Below are positions 36,075-49,116 of a stretch of 64,000 bases of DNA, piece after piece. The position numbers were made by a program, and so were the translations under genes. The notes beneath the pieces are model-generated. The model made no database searches and was not told the origin of the DNA. It saw only the letters and a program-made list of their open reading frames with translations. Position 1 is the stretch's first letter. Each line of letters starts with the position of its first letter. The stretch is from Zootoca vivipara (Eukaryota), in contig NC_083281.1 in assembly GCF_963506605.1 (NCBI RefSeq), positions 50,468,001 to 50,532,000 of the forward strand, in the 5' to 3' direction.

Positions 36075-37899
36075 TCAATGGTTTGATTTATCAGGACCCT
36101 GAAACAGAGAACACAATTCTGCACAAGTCTGTGTTTCGACTGAACTGAACTGTGACTCCATTGTATTCCAGGCCAAGTCAGCCAACAAAAAGTCATCCAT
36201 AGCAGTCTGAGTCTCATTGCTAGTAAGAAATAAACTGCCAAGGGTTTCAAAGCAGCTATCCATGGTCTGTGTTTCAGCACTATTCAGCTGGACTTTGCTT
36301 TCTGCCATTTGGTTAGAGGAATTTTTTGCAGGAAAATGCACTTCTGTCTGTGTTTCTGTATCAGATGAGTCTGTGCTCATAGAGAAGGTAGACTGTTTCA
36401 AGATGCTCCCCAAAGGCAAATAGGGGCTGTCTAAAAAGAAATTTAAGTCAGTCTGGGTCTGTGTGTCAAACATCTCCAAACCTAAGAAATTGGGATTACC
36501 CCTGCAGCTATAGGACTGGGTGGCATTATCTGAAAATAAATCTGTCTGGGTTTCAATATCTAGCAACTCCAAGACTGGCTCAGAGTTCAGGTTGCCAAGT
36601 TGGGTCTCTTCTGTTTGAGTCTGGATATTGGAGGCTGTGAAGAAATCCTCAATGTCAAAATCAATTCCTGCGTTCTGCGTAGGGCCAGAAGGCAAGGGTG
36701 TGCCAGCATGCGAGCTAGTGTCAGTCAAAAGACTACGGTTATCCAATGACTGACCCGCTGTGTTATTAGAAAAAATAGTTTCAAGATCGTTCAGTAACTC
36801 CATTGTCTGGGTCTGATTGTCTGTCATAACCTGCTGTGGGAGAATATTACTTTGTGCACTGAAGCTGATAACTGGCTCACACTTGGTGTCTGGACTCAAA
36901 GATTTGCAACTTCCTCTTTGCAGCAGACTTTGACCCAGGCCTGCAGCCATCAAGTTGCTGCCTGGAAGTCCCACTGTGGTTGAATCACTGAATGAACTAA
37001 CACTGTCAAAAATGTCATTGCACATTACAGCCTGGTCCATTTGTACTCTCCCATCAATATCTTTCTGTGACCTATTGGTCTGAGTCTCCCGAGAAATTCC
37101 ACATGACTGAAAGCAAGCCTGTGCAAGTGCATCTGTCTGAGCAGCTATGGAAGAAGTCAACTTTGAACTGGGTAACAGTGTCTGCGTCTGCACATTAATT
37201 GGCAACAAAACCTGAGAGCTGAATGTCAGGTCTGTTTGAGAACAAGAGGACACCGATGAATCAGGAGTCCAGGCTGCAGATGTCACAAAGTTCTGCGAAA
37301 TATAAGATAAGTCCGTCTGCACATTTGTTGAACAAATCCCGTTCTTGTAGCATATGGCTTCCAGATCTTGGATTGTATTATCTGATGCCCCTTTACCCAA
37401 ATTGACCTGGATACCTGTGCTGACTGGCTCAACACTGCCAGTATTTTTGGTTTTTGAAAGGGGCAAGGTGCTTTTAAATGCAAGTGTTTCAGCCTCCAGT
37501 CCCGGTATCATAAATCCTACCGGCAGAGGCATTAAGTGAACAGTACTCATAACAGAGCCTTTGTCATCAACGGCAACTACAACGGGTTTGACAGAAGAGT
37601 CTGGTGCTGATACAAAGATAGGCAATTGAGTAAGCTGCATTACAGGGAGTTTAACCAAAGCCACTTTTGGCTTTGGCAGAAGCAACTTTGGTGAATTTTT
37701 TGGCTGTGTTTGTGTTTGCTTAGTAGTATAGGAACAGCTAGAATCTTCAAAGGAAGCTGCTGGCTTCATCTCAGAGGTCTCCAAGTCTTTAGTGCTAGTA
37801 CATCTGGTCTGGACACTGGCAGAAGCTCCTTTAACTTTTTCTCTCACCAACTGATTGGATACAGAGGTTTCAATTTTCCTTTTCTTACTTGGTGGATCC
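36075..37899 (-). CDS. ATMIN: ATM interactor (ASCIZ), exon 4: SQ/TQ-rich domain with TQT DYNLL1-binding repeats
   Basis: Acceptor tttacag|G GAT CCA CCA AGT AAG AAA AGG AAA (DPPSKKRK); many TQT motifs; C-terminal MDDFLLADLAWNTMESQFSSVETQT. The four exons total 2451 nt = 816 aa. Confidence 0.97.
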
Positions 37900-38392
37900 C
37901 TGTAAATATTACAAAACCTTTGACTAGGTACAGCTGTAGCATATACGGTACTCCTTCATTCCCTCCAAATCTTTCCCACCCCACCACTTTTACCATTTCT
38001 ATAATAGAATTTAGAATAATTCAACCTTGCACTGTAATTCCACACAGTCTTTAATACTGTGCATTAAGCATTTTGATAAAGGACTTCAAAAGTAGTAGTC
38101 ACCCCGCCTCCCCACATTGAATGGAAATGCATTCTGAATTGTTAGATAGTTCAAACAGAATCAGTTTTACTGGTGGGAGCGTGTTGGATAATAATTGATT
38201 GTATAAAAGCCTGGAAAAATCCATGCCTCTTTAAGAGTTATCCTTAAAAAAAATGTTGGTAAGATAAGGGAAGCTGTCAGTGGCAGTGATCTTCACAGAA
38301 TGGTGTTAGAACTCCTCCCCCTTCCAATGTTTTAAGGCAAATATATGTGCACACATATGAAACAGTTAACAAAGGGAAAATGTTGCCCTTAC

Positions 38393-38592
38393 CTATGTTC
38401 AACAGGGATCTCATGCTGTGTCCTATAAATATGAGACAATAATGCTGTCCTGCTAGCATAGGGGCATCCACAAGTACACTGGAAAGACTTGCCACAGTCC
38501 TCACTATGTCGCTTCAGATCCCATATGGTGCCATAGGAATTGCTGCATTTATCACATTTATGCTTCTTTTCAGCATGCATTTTCATAAAATG
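38393..38592 (-). CDS. ATMIN: ATMIN exon 3 (C2H2 zinc fingers)
   Basis: HFMKMHAEKKHKCDKCSNSYGT..CTCGCPYASRTALLSHIYRTQH; tttcag acceptor, GTAAGG donor; 200 nt. Confidence 0.96.
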
Positions 38593-38838
38593 CTGAAATA
38601 TAAAAAAAAGTTAGGTAAGTTATAGGAAACTGCCTTGGATCACTGGTTCATCTAGTTCAGTGTTGTCTACACTGACTGGCAGCAGCTTCAGGGTTTCAGA
38701 CTGGGCTTTTTCTGAGCCCTACCTGGAGATGCCAGTGCTCTGTCACTGAGCGATGGTGCTTCCCAAACAGAAGAAAGTACCAGTAGTACTATGTTTGAGA
38801 CACAAAGCTGTTCAAGTTCCAGCCTTGTCTATCTAAGA

Positions 38839-38976
38839 TAGGCATCCCCAAACTTTGGCCCTCCAGATGTTTTGGGCTACAATTCCCATCATCCCTGACC
38901 ACTAGTCCTCTTAGCTGGGGATCATGGGAGTTGTAGGCCAAAACATCTGGAGGGCTGCAGTTTGGGGATGCGCCTG
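38839..38976. mobile_element. hAT MITE (CAGGCATCCCC family)
   Basis: TIRs; TSD ATCTAAGA. Confidence 0.9.
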
Positions 38977-39681
38977 ATCTAAGACAAGGCACTTTTAAGC
39001 ATGCTGTCAACAACTGAATTTTCCACAATTTTTGATGCATTTTTAAATGATTGACTGGAGTTGATAGAGGGGATTCAAGATTTTCATGGAATTCCTGAAA
39101 ATGGTTAAAACATGGGAATGAAAGTCCACATGCACTATCTGGATGCACCTCAACTCAATAAATACTGCGACTGACTTTTAACAATTCCACTCTTTCAAAA
39201 GATATTAAGAATCAGATAATGCATTTCTTAGAATATTCAGACCTCTGACATTCAGCCTCCATGAAGTTTGCAGTTAAGGTTCTCAATAATCTACATAGGC
39301 CCATTATAAGTTTTACACAGAAAAGAGGGCATATTACAGAGACTTAAGTCAAAGGAGTAATTGAATTAACTACTCAGAAATCTACCGCAAAATTACCCTC
39401 CGATTTGCTCCTTTCATTTTCAGCTACTGAAGGCATATCTCAGCACATTTAATAAGTTTAATTTTTTAACAAAAAAGTAGCTCTTTCCCAACACATTGAT
39501 CCTATAAGCAATAGACAACTGACAATATGAAATGACATTCATATGCAGCTTCTCTTATGATTATGATGGTATACATTTACACAGAAATCTTGCAATTCAG
39601 AAAGATGCATGGCTCTTGAATAAGATGTTCCATATGAATTATATTGTTCTATTTATTGAATAGTGTAGTTAGAATACATAC

Positions 39682-39807
39682 CTGTCTTACAAGAGAAAAT
39701 TGTGAAAAAGGCCTTTCTGGTCCTCTAGGGCAACCTTCAATAGGACAACAGTAGTATTTCTGTGGCGTTTTCAAGTCTTTCCTTATTGCAGGATTTATTT
39801 TTCCATC
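39682..39807 (-). CDS. ATMIN: ATMIN exon 2
   Basis: DGKINPAIRKDLKTPQKYYCCPIEGCPRGPERPFSQFSLVRQ; ctacag acceptor, GTATGT donor; 126 nt, phase 0/0. Confidence 0.96.
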
Positions 39808-40076
39808 CTGTAGCAGAAGAATATTATTAAATTGTATCTAATGTTTGGGGTTCAGAAGTATCTGGAATACAAATAAAGCTTGTCTTTATTCAGCATTTTG
39901 CCTGCCTGCATACTGAAGAGACTCTCCACTTGAAACTTCTGTAATGTTTCAGTTATTCCCTATGGAAGAAAGTGATCCCAGGTTACTCTAATTGCCTAGA
40001 TTATGTGACAGGTAGTTGATTATTCACTAGCCCAGTAAGGGTCAATCCTGGCTAAATAAGCAGAGGTATGTACAAG

Positions 40077-40321
40077 CACTGGCGGAGGAAGAGGAGTGGT
40101 GGGGGAGCACATCGCCCCTGGCAGCGCAATTCCGGTGGGGTGCCATCGTGGCTGCCTCCCCCCGCCCTAGGCGCCATGCACCCGCAGGCGGCGCCCCACA
40201 CCACCAGGATGTGCGTCACGCCCCTGTGGGTGGCGCACCCCACCCCTGGACACGCACCAGCACTACCCCCGCCTGCTCTCTGCCCACCCCCCCGGTGCTG
40301 GAACATGAAGCTCTGCCACTG
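40077..40321. mobile_element. Non-autonomous hAT-like element
   Basis: Termini CACTGGCGGAG..CTCTGCCACTG; 8-bp TSD TGTACAAG. Confidence 0.8.
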
Positions 40322-40730
40322 TGTACAAGGCTTTTGCTCATGTGCTTTGATTTAGAGAAGCCGTCCTGGTTTCTGATTATATCCCAGAATGCCCCGCTTT
40401 TCCTTAGGATGTCCCTGTTTTCAATGGAGAAATGTTGGAGGGTATGGAGTTCTCTAACCCCCAAGCCGTCTGAAGGCAATACTATATAGGGAAGGGTTTT
40501 TTTATGTTTTATGTTTTCATATATGTTGGAAGCTGCCCAGAGTGGCTGGGGCAACCCAGTAAGATGTGTGGGGTATAAATAGTAAAATTATCATTATGGA
40601 ATGGGATGTTCCTATTTTCATAGGAGAAATGTTGGAGGGTATGCTATCCTCATGCTACCACTTTTATCCTTGGCACTCTTTGAGAAGCAAGGCAATTTTC
40701 AATTAATGTTAGGTCCCAGTAACACAGTTA

Positions 40731-41095
40731 AAGGTAAAGGTAACGGTACCCCTGACTGTTAGGTCCAGTCGCAGATGACTCTGGGGTTGCAGCGCTCATC
40801 TAGCTCTATAGCCCAAGGGAGCCAGCCTTTGTCCGCAGACAGCTTCCGGGTCATGTGGCCAGCATGACTAAGCCATGACTAAGCCACTTCTGGCGAACCA
40901 GAGCAGTGCACGGAAACACCGTTTACCTTCCCGCCGGAGCGGTACCTATTTATCTTACACTTTGACGTGCTTTCGAACTGCTAGGTGGGCAGGAGCTGGG
41001 ACCGAACAACGGGAGCTCACCCCGTCACAGGGATTCGAACAGCTGACCTTCTGATCGGCAAGCTGTGGTTTAGACCACAGCGCCACCCGTGTCCC
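40731..41095 (-). mobile_element. Sauria SINE (full length, variant subfamily)
   Basis: Reverse consensus from GGGACACGGGTGGCGCTGTGG to the (ACCTTT)n tail; internal 11-bp duplication CATGACTAAGC. Confidence 0.92.
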
Positions 41096-43341
41096 TTAGT
41101 TACCATGTTCCAAACCACCCAGGATTTTAAACCATGGTTTGAAAATGTTCCAAACCTGAGATAACCAGTTTCCTAGTGTTAGTGTAATAAGAGTAGATGA
41201 AGAATTCTGGGGTTAATTTTGGTGCACCAAGAAGGAGTGAAGTGTGTGTGTGGACACAAGGCTTATTCACATCTGGGCTTGTTAAACCAAGAAGATGTGA
41301 CTGAGTGAACACTGACTGTCACTTAGGAAACAGAAACATTTTGCAGAAAACATTATGCTGAACTTTTAGACCAAACGATTTAGAACCAAACATCTCACAG
41401 CAAGAGAGTGTAATATTAAATTCAAAACAAACTGAAGCTAGGGAGACTAGTGCTATACCAATGACTTGTGATGTCAGAGCCATGAACCAGGTCAAGGAAC
41501 CACTGATTGCTCCAGTCTCTCCATAGCTGAACTTGAGCAGGGCTTTGAGCGTACTGTGATTCAGAGCAAGCATGGGCAAAAACACAGAATAATGGGCATA
41601 TTATTTCCTATAATATTATATTAAGAAACCCAAAGTTTTTGGCACTTCTGGTTGGAAAGATTTGCTTGTAATATGTGTGGATATGGCTCCTAAAATCTCA
41701 CAAGCCAGAAGGAAATCAGTAGGATTTCCAGTAGTTTTGAGATAGGGATTCAGTCCCCAACATTACAAAATACCCGTAGTTTGATTGCAGAAGTATATGG
41801 ATGTGGTTCAATTAATGCAAAGAGACAGCTTGCCTTGGTGTAAAATTTGGACTGCAGAACTTTAAAAGGCTTTTTAAAAGTGTGGCATTCTCTTTATACA
41901 TTAAGGTACCCAAGTACTGGTATTCATAATCCAAGGATTTCCAAACCAGCTGCATTAGATACATGCTCTGACTGGCTGGAATATAAGTTTCATCATCAGT
42001 GTCCAACCTCTTCTCTAACTTCTTTTTATCTTCCCTTTCAAAAAGGAGTGGGGAAAGCGTGAGAGAACAGCCTAGAAATGCTGAAACCTGAAATGCAACG
42101 ATTCAGTCCTGAAGAATGCAGGAAGACTCTCTCTACTCTTCAGGCCCTCCCTACCCTTCTGTTAATAAACAGCAGTGGTAGCATATATAAATCCCTTGGA
42201 ATGAAAAATATTTCCAATCCTTAAGCAAAAGAATCTTTAAAAACAACAAAAAGCTGCCAACATTTATTTATTACATTTTTCATCTCAGGCTTCCACCCAT
42301 ACATTTTATCTTCACAACTACTGCAAGAAGTACTGGTAAGTTAGGCTGAAGAATAATGACTGCCTCAAGGTCACCTAGTGAGATCCATGGATGAGTGGTG
42401 ACTTAAAACTGTCTCACAGACCCAGTGACTGGAGTCTTCCTGTTTATTTTACAGAGCTCACTTTCCCCATATACAATGCAAGTTTCACTTCAAATTCACG
42501 CACAAGGGTATACAGATTTCCATATACTCATAGTTCTAAAGCACTATCAGGTATCTTACTTTCTACTGTAATATTGGCACTAAAATATGGAATACCATTT
42601 TGAGAAAACTCTTTGCTGGTTGGAGCAAAAATAAGTCTGAAAAGATATTTCTGAGGTAAAAGCCCAACAAGCCATTATGCCACCTTGGGATATGTAAAGG
42701 GATGAGGAGGGATTACAAGGAGTCAAAGTAGGAGCTGTTGCAATATTATTGTCACATTACTCCAAAATCTTAATTAAGCCAGTAATTTCCAAACAAAGTA
42801 TCTGGCTGCAAGATGGAGGACATTGTTTTATAAACACTCGTTTTGCTCTAAATAGCTACAGCTTCTCACCAGAGGTTTTATCAAGCACTTCTGGAAGGGA
42901 TTTTGAGGAAGCCGCCAGCCACTTCCCATTAAAGGTCACATTTCAAATTTGGAAAGAGATCCAATGGGGGAAATTATTAAAACTTAAATAATATTATCAA
43001 CAAAGTACAATCAGAAGCAGGAACCCAACCATAAAGGCAGTAGCAAAGATGTGAGTACTTCACTTAAATACCAGGATTTTGAAAACAGCACCATGGGCTC
43101 AGGCACAAAGCTCATTTTCAAGATAAACACAGGAGAAGAGAAAGTTACATTAGCGTAGGGATTCTGGCTTTGGTGTGAGGAGGTTTCCTTGCTTAGTCTG
43201 AAATACACAGAGAAGCTGAAGGAATCTGTAATTAAATACAGTGAGCCTTTCATAGCTACAGTGATTAGGTTTCAGGCTAGGTCAGGGAAGGTTATGAAGT
43301 TGTACTTACCTGGGGCATACTCAGAGATTTTAAGAAAAGTA

Positions 43342-43791
43342 CAGTGGTACCTTGGTTCTTAAACATCTTGCTACTCAAACAACTTGGAATCTAAACACTG
43401 CAAACCCAGCAGTAAGTGTTCCACTTTGCGAACTTTTTTCGGAAGCTGAACGTGCTTTGTTTTGAGTGTTACGCTTCCGATTTGAGTGCCACACTTCCGT
43501 TTTGAGTATTACGCTGAAGTTTGTCTGTTTTTGCTATTTGTTTTGCAGTTCAGCTACTGATTGATTGGTTCTGTGACTGCAGTACATTGATTATTGCTTT
43601 CATTTTATGGATCAATGATCTCGTTAGATAGTAAAATTCATGTTAAATTTTAGGGGTTGTTTTTAAAAGTCTGGAATCAATTAATCCATTTTGCATTACT
43701 TTCTATGGGAAAGCACGCTTGGGTTTTGGAACGCTTGGGTTTTGGAACTGACTTCCGGAACAGATTAAGTTTGAGAACCAAGGTACCACTG
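43342..43791. mobile_element. Tc1/mariner (Tigger-like) MITE
   Basis: TA|CAGTGGTACCTTGGTTCT...AGAACCAAGGTACCACTG|TA. Confidence 0.9.
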
Positions 43792-44232
43792 TACAGAGTG
43801 AATTTGTGGAATGAAAGAGCACATAGGTTGCGATAAAGCAATGTAGATAGTGAGGGGATACTGTTCATTGAACCTTGAAAGCTTAGATGAAGTACAGTTT
43901 CAGAGCTTAGGAAGGGATTTCTAAGTATTTTAAATGGGGCTGCACTTGCCTGATTTTTACAACAGCACAGCTTGGCAGGCAGGCTACAGTGAGGAATCAG
44001 GAAGGGCTGCAACAAGGCCACATGAAGCTGTCACATGTATCAGTGGGCCATAGTAGTTGAAGGATTCTGAGAGTCTGAAGAAACCCTGACCTGCGCCTAG
44101 TACATTTATATAAGAGCCTACTGAGGACTCTGCTAAGAAAGAGATTTTATTTAGGCTGGGTTCATTATTTGGCCCTTCAAGAGGCACCTCCTCATATTTG
44201 CTTACAGAAAAACTCTTGTGTGTGTAAATATA

Positions 44233-44328
44233 TTTGACCAAACTGCAGGAGGCAGTGGAAGACAAGAGTGCCTGGCATGCTCTGGTCCATGGGGTCACGA
44301 AGAGTTGGACACGACTAAACGACAACAA
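44233..44328 (+). mobile_element. Bov-B (RTE) LINE 3' terminus
   Basis: GCCTGGCATGCTCTGGTCCATGGGGTCACGAAGAGTTGGACACGACTAAACGACAACAA matches the Bov-B 3' end. Confidence 0.85.
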
Positions 44329-46339
44329 TGTTTGAGAGAGTTTATAGGAGGACCATAGTGAGGGGATTTGTCAGGTGCTTATGGTGAGGGTCACAGATTA
44401 GTGGTGCCACTACTTGTCTTCTTTTTGCAGAAATACATATCATCATATGGGGCTAAAAAGGTGGTAGCTGCAGCAAGTGTCCGGAAGGTCCAGTTCAAAT
44501 TATGTAGTCACTTGAGACTTCTAGTTCAGGCTTTGGTTCTAAACTTGCTTACTATGAGGGAGCAAGATCAGTGGTTCTCCAATATTTCAGGCAAGTCTTC
44601 CCCAGCCCTGTTACTTAAGCAACGCTTTACTTATGTTATACATTGTTCTAGGTCAAGCAGAATGTGTGGTGGATGGTTACCAATTATGTATTGCAACTCT
44701 GTGAATGAATGGATACTCTCTTGCCAAAAAATTACTAAAGGAAAGGAAGTAGGATGGCAGCTGAGCTGAACTGCTGAGTATCACAAATAAACAGAGCATT
44801 AGAATTCTGCCACTACAGAATCATCATGAAGCTACAGAGTTAACCCACAATAAGAGCCACAGTCCTTGGAAGTCACAGACTAACCTATGATTAACAGAAA
44901 TTCCAGAAGCATGAGAGGAAAGTAACATTCCAGGGATAGCTGGTACCCAGCCTTCCCCAGGAAGAACAGAAAACATCCTGATAATGCCAAAGTTACTGCT
45001 ACTTGCAATTATGATGCCAATCAACCAAGTTATGAACTAGAGAATATTGGAAGTAGTAAGTGAATAGACAAAGAGGCTCAGATGATCAAGTTATTGAGGG
45101 ATAAAAGGTATTAGAACAGGGGGCGGCAACCTAAGGTCCATGGGCCAGAAGCCCACAGTATGGCACTTTCATATACCACATTCATATGACTTAGATCAGG
45201 AATGGCCAATGTGGTGGCCACCAGATGTTATGGACTACGATCTCCCCATAATATCTGATCACTGGCCATGCTGGCTTGGGCTGATGGTGGCAGCTGGAGT
45301 CCAAAATGTCTAGAGGGCACCATGTTGGCTACTCCCAGACTTACACCAATGGTTTTTAATTCAGTATTTTCTATCCTGACTGGCCGCAGCTCTCTCGGGT
45401 CTCTAGGAGAATTATTTCCCAATAAGATCCTTTTAATTGGAGGTGCTGCATACTGAATAAGGAATCTTCTGCATGAGCAACTATGAAGCTACCTCACACC
45501 AAATCTGATCAAATGGTTCATCCAGCCCAGTATCATCTGCCGCGACTAGCAGAAATCGAATCTTGACCCAAGACTGAACCTGGAGCTTTGTGCAAGCAAA
45601 GGATGTGCATCACTTTAGCTATGAGCCCTCCCTAACATTTGCTTTTTTTTTAAAAAAAAGTATTTTATTACCATGGTTGTATGGCATCCTGGCAGCTTTG
45701 CTAGATATGCCGGAAACCTTTAAATAAAGCTAAGAAGCAATTGTGACTGGGAAAGGGAGTCTCTGAGGTTTGATTTAACATTGTACTGGCACACCACTTT
45801 TCAAGCAAACAAAATGAGCTCAAAGTGGCTCACAACAACCACAACAGAGCATTAAAAATATATTAAGAATGCCACTGGCAGAGGGAGGGAGGGTATCTGA
45901 GGTTAAATCAGCCAAAAGGGGGTGGGGTGCAGAGAATAGAGAAAGGGCTTTTGTTGCTGTGATTATTATTAATAACTGAATGTCTATAGCTACCAATTAA
46001 TAATTATTGTCTGGGATACGAAGAGGGACTGAATATGATAATTAATAATTGAATTTTGTCAGCTACCCATCAATATCTACTATGTACCTGGGAACGTTGT
46101 GAACAAACTGATGCTGGAAGGGAGTGATTATTAACACTAACATTTGAATTCAGATAGCCGCCATCAATGAAAATAATTGAATTCTGATAGCTACCCATCA
46201 GTAGTTCATTGTTACCTGGGAAGCTTATAAAGAAACCGAATGCTAAAAAGTGGGGCTGAAATGAAACCCTCCCTCTGGAGGGAGAGGGAAGGCGCTCGGT
46301 CCCCGGAGGAGCGGGAGAAGGGAGGGCGCCGCCGCTTAC

Positions 46340-46639
46340 CTGCTGCTGCACGCCGTGGGCCTTGCTGAGGTGCATGCTCAGCGCCGGCGGGTTGGGCAGC
46401 ACTTTGCCGCAGCCGGGCACCGTGCACAGGATGTTGCTCCTGACGGCCCGCGAGAGCTCCGTCACCGAGGGCCTCACCAGCTCCCACGGGCTCGACGGCC
46501 GCTCGCGGGGGCCGCGCGACGCCGAGCGCGGAGGGCGGCCGAGCCCCAGGCCCAGGCCCGGCCGCCGAGCAGGCGGCGTCCGTGACACGGCTGCTGCTGC
46601 GGCTCCTCCTGTCGCCGCCGCTGCTGCCGTAGCCGCCAT
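46340..46639 (-). CDS. ATMIN: ATMIN exon 1 (Ala-rich N-terminus, zinc finger 1)
   Basis: ELVRPSVTELSRAVRSNILCTVPGCGKVLPNPPALSMHLSKAH; donor CAG|GTAAGC; 300 nt. Confidence 0.96.
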
Positions 46640-46770
46640 GTTGCTCTCGGCCGTTCCCGATCCGCCGGTCGGCGGGGCACTTCCGGTGGCGGGAGGACAG
46701 GGAGAAAGAGCGTGGAAGGGAACCCGGCGGAGAGACTGACAGGCAGCTCATACATATTTATACCTGGCAC
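46640..46770 (-). promoter_or_regulatory. ATMIN: ATMIN proximal promoter / 5' UTR
   Basis: CpG island; ETS motif CACTTCCGG (~46678), E2F-like TGGCGGGA, minus-strand TATAAA at 46762-46757, YY1-like AACATGGCGGC over the ATG. Confidence 0.6.
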
Positions 46771-47182
46771 TTTCAATATTCATGAGGGGTGAGCGTTCTA
46801 TGAAACAAGTAGTCCCACATGTTTGCCCCTAGTGCCTTATCCGCGGCTGGAAATAAAAGTAGACCAGCATTTTCTATTTTTCCATTTGTAAATATGGGAT
46901 ATGGCTTATTGATAAGAATGTGGACAAAACAGGGTGGTGCCCCACCATTCAGCAGTCGCATATGAAAGATATTGGGTTCTGAGGGTTGACCGCAACCGAT
47001 AGGTAGAAATTCTTTTGTCATTTGCAAAAGTTTGTTTGCAACTTGTGTACATCCATGGGCGTAGCCAGGATTTATGTTGGGGAGGGGCATGCTTCATGTT
47101 AGCGGGCAGATCCTCAGTTTGTTAAGTATTTTTTTATTGTTTTACTTGCCCCCCCCCCGACTACACCCTCAAATGAACTCAA

Positions 47183-47680
47183 TCCCATTTTACACAGGGA
47201 CAAAGGAAAAAGAAAAAAAGGATGAATTTTACCAAATGTATGAAGCTATGGATCCCATTAACACTGGAATACAGATCACTACATTCCAAATCTACCTGTT
47301 CACTGCTCACTCTCCACCTTAGAACAAATCTACACCACCAGGTGCCATAGAAAAGCACTAGACTTATCAAGAGATCCAACGCACCCTGGTCACCATTTCT
47401 TTGAGCTCCTGCCATCGGGACGGAGATATAGAACAATGCAGGCAAGAACAAGCTGTCTCAGGAACAGTTTCTTCTCTAGAACGATTTTGGCCTTAAATGG
47501 AAAGCCTGGACTTTGAAGTCATCTTATTTTACTTGTTATTTTGTATTATATTTACAGTTTTTAATTAGGTTTTGTAATTTTGGATTATGCGGAATGCTTT
47601 ATCTGAGTGGATGTAGCAACCGAGTAATTTCCTTGTTCCCGCAAGGGGACAATGACAATAAAGATATCTTATCTTCTCTT
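47183..47680 (+). mobile_element. Rex1/Babar-type LINE 3' fragment
   Basis: Encodes ..DPTHPGHHFFELLPSGRRYRTMQARTSCLRNSFF..; ends AATAAAGATATCTTATCTT; 12-bp TSD AAATGAACTCAA at 47171-47182 and 47681-47692. Confidence 0.8.
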
Positions 47681-47979
47681 AAATGAACTCAAATGTATTA
47701 TGTACACAGTGCTGTTTTCGGGGGGGGGGGGAACACAGGTGTACGCATAGCCCTAAACATTTTGTGAATCTCTGTACTTTTCTAAACATGTGAATTATCT
47801 TCAAAACAGTTTGGACATTAAATAAGAATAGGAAGAAAATCTAAAACAGGTTTATATTAAAGAAGGAGGAATACTGTTAGCAGTTGGATTTAATATTCAT
47901 TAATGTCACTGTTTAAGCTTATAAAAATTTAAAATAATGATTTCACATCTATAGTAAATAAATCTTTGATTCTCTAAAA

Positions 47980-48361
47980 CAGGGGTCCCCAGACTTACCG
48001 GCGTTTGGGCCGGTTCCCACCGCGCCGATTGCGCGGCGGGCCGGAGGATGGGGGAGTGCGCGCCCGTGCGCACGGGTGCTTACTGGCGCAGCGGCGCGCT
48101 TCCAGGGTGGAAAAAGCGCCGAAAATCCGTTGTGCGCATGCGTGTGGGCCTCCCCCGACCCGGAAGTGCACCAGAAATGACCTTTTCTGGGTCGGGAGAG
48201 GCCCATACGCATGCGCACAATGGATTTTCGGCGCTTTTTTCCTGACCCGGAAGAGCGCTGCCGCGCTGCGCACCGTAAGAGCGGGTGGCGGTCGTCGCGG
48301 GCCGGATTGGCAGGCCAATTGGGCCGCATCCGGCCCCCGGGCCGTAGTCTGGGGACCCCTG
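47980..48361. mobile_element. GC-rich non-autonomous hAT element (same family as 14512-14927)
   Basis: TIR CAGGGGTCCCCAGACT..AGTCTGGGGACCCCTG; TSD CTCTAAAA. Confidence 0.92.
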
Positions 48362-48904
48362 CTCTAAAATATGCTCTCAGCCTTCTTTGGAAATCTGATT
48401 CTAATTCAACAGAGGCACACATACTTGATATAAAAGAGATACTACCAGTAGAATGGGGCCAGTTACAGGCTCAGATTTTGCAGTGCTTTGAATCAGGGAA
48501 TCATTATACTGTACACAAGTTTTGTATGCATCATATCACTATCACTACTGATGACTACATTTGGGGGTAAAACAGCAAGAATGTGTGAGCTACTGGACAA
48601 TAGAACAAGGAAATGCATCACTAATTCCAGTTTTTCGATAAGCACACTACTGTATTAAATGGGAAGTGGCAGTAAAATGCAATAGCTTTATTTACTCCTG
48701 TGAAAAAACGGACACAAGCAGTTATAAGCTTTCATGTATTTAATCACACAGCTATTTTAAAAACTAATATTATAAGCACCATGTTTAATATAATTTTAAT
48801 ACCATATCAATAAGAATTTTAAAAGGTTGCCTGAAAAGTTAAAAAATAAGTAAAAGTTTCATTTGCTTAAACAATCAAGCACTTCAATATTACATCTAAC
48901 TTCA

Positions 48905-48910
48905 TTTATT
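48905..48910 (-). terminator. Candidate CENPN poly(A) signal
   Basis: Minus-strand AATAAA ~205 nt after the stop codon. Confidence 0.5.
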
Positions 48911-49116
48911 TGCTAAAGAAGTCCACCTACTCATTGTCCTGCAAGTACACACAGACTCTGGTCAACAGGTCACACCAGCTAGCAGGCTAAAGCCTGCTAA
49001 GATGTCATATTGTAATCTGACCAACTGAATTGTAAGAAGTTTATGGGAATAGATTCCATGTTGTTTTCTTTTGCTGAAGAGAAATAAGTAATCCACTCCT
49101 TTGTCTAAAAATGCCA

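Noticed and set aside
46070-46339. ORF continuation of ATMIN exon 1 to 189 aa
   Set aside because: Read-through past the CAG|GTAAGC donor into intron 1; homology resumes in exon 2.
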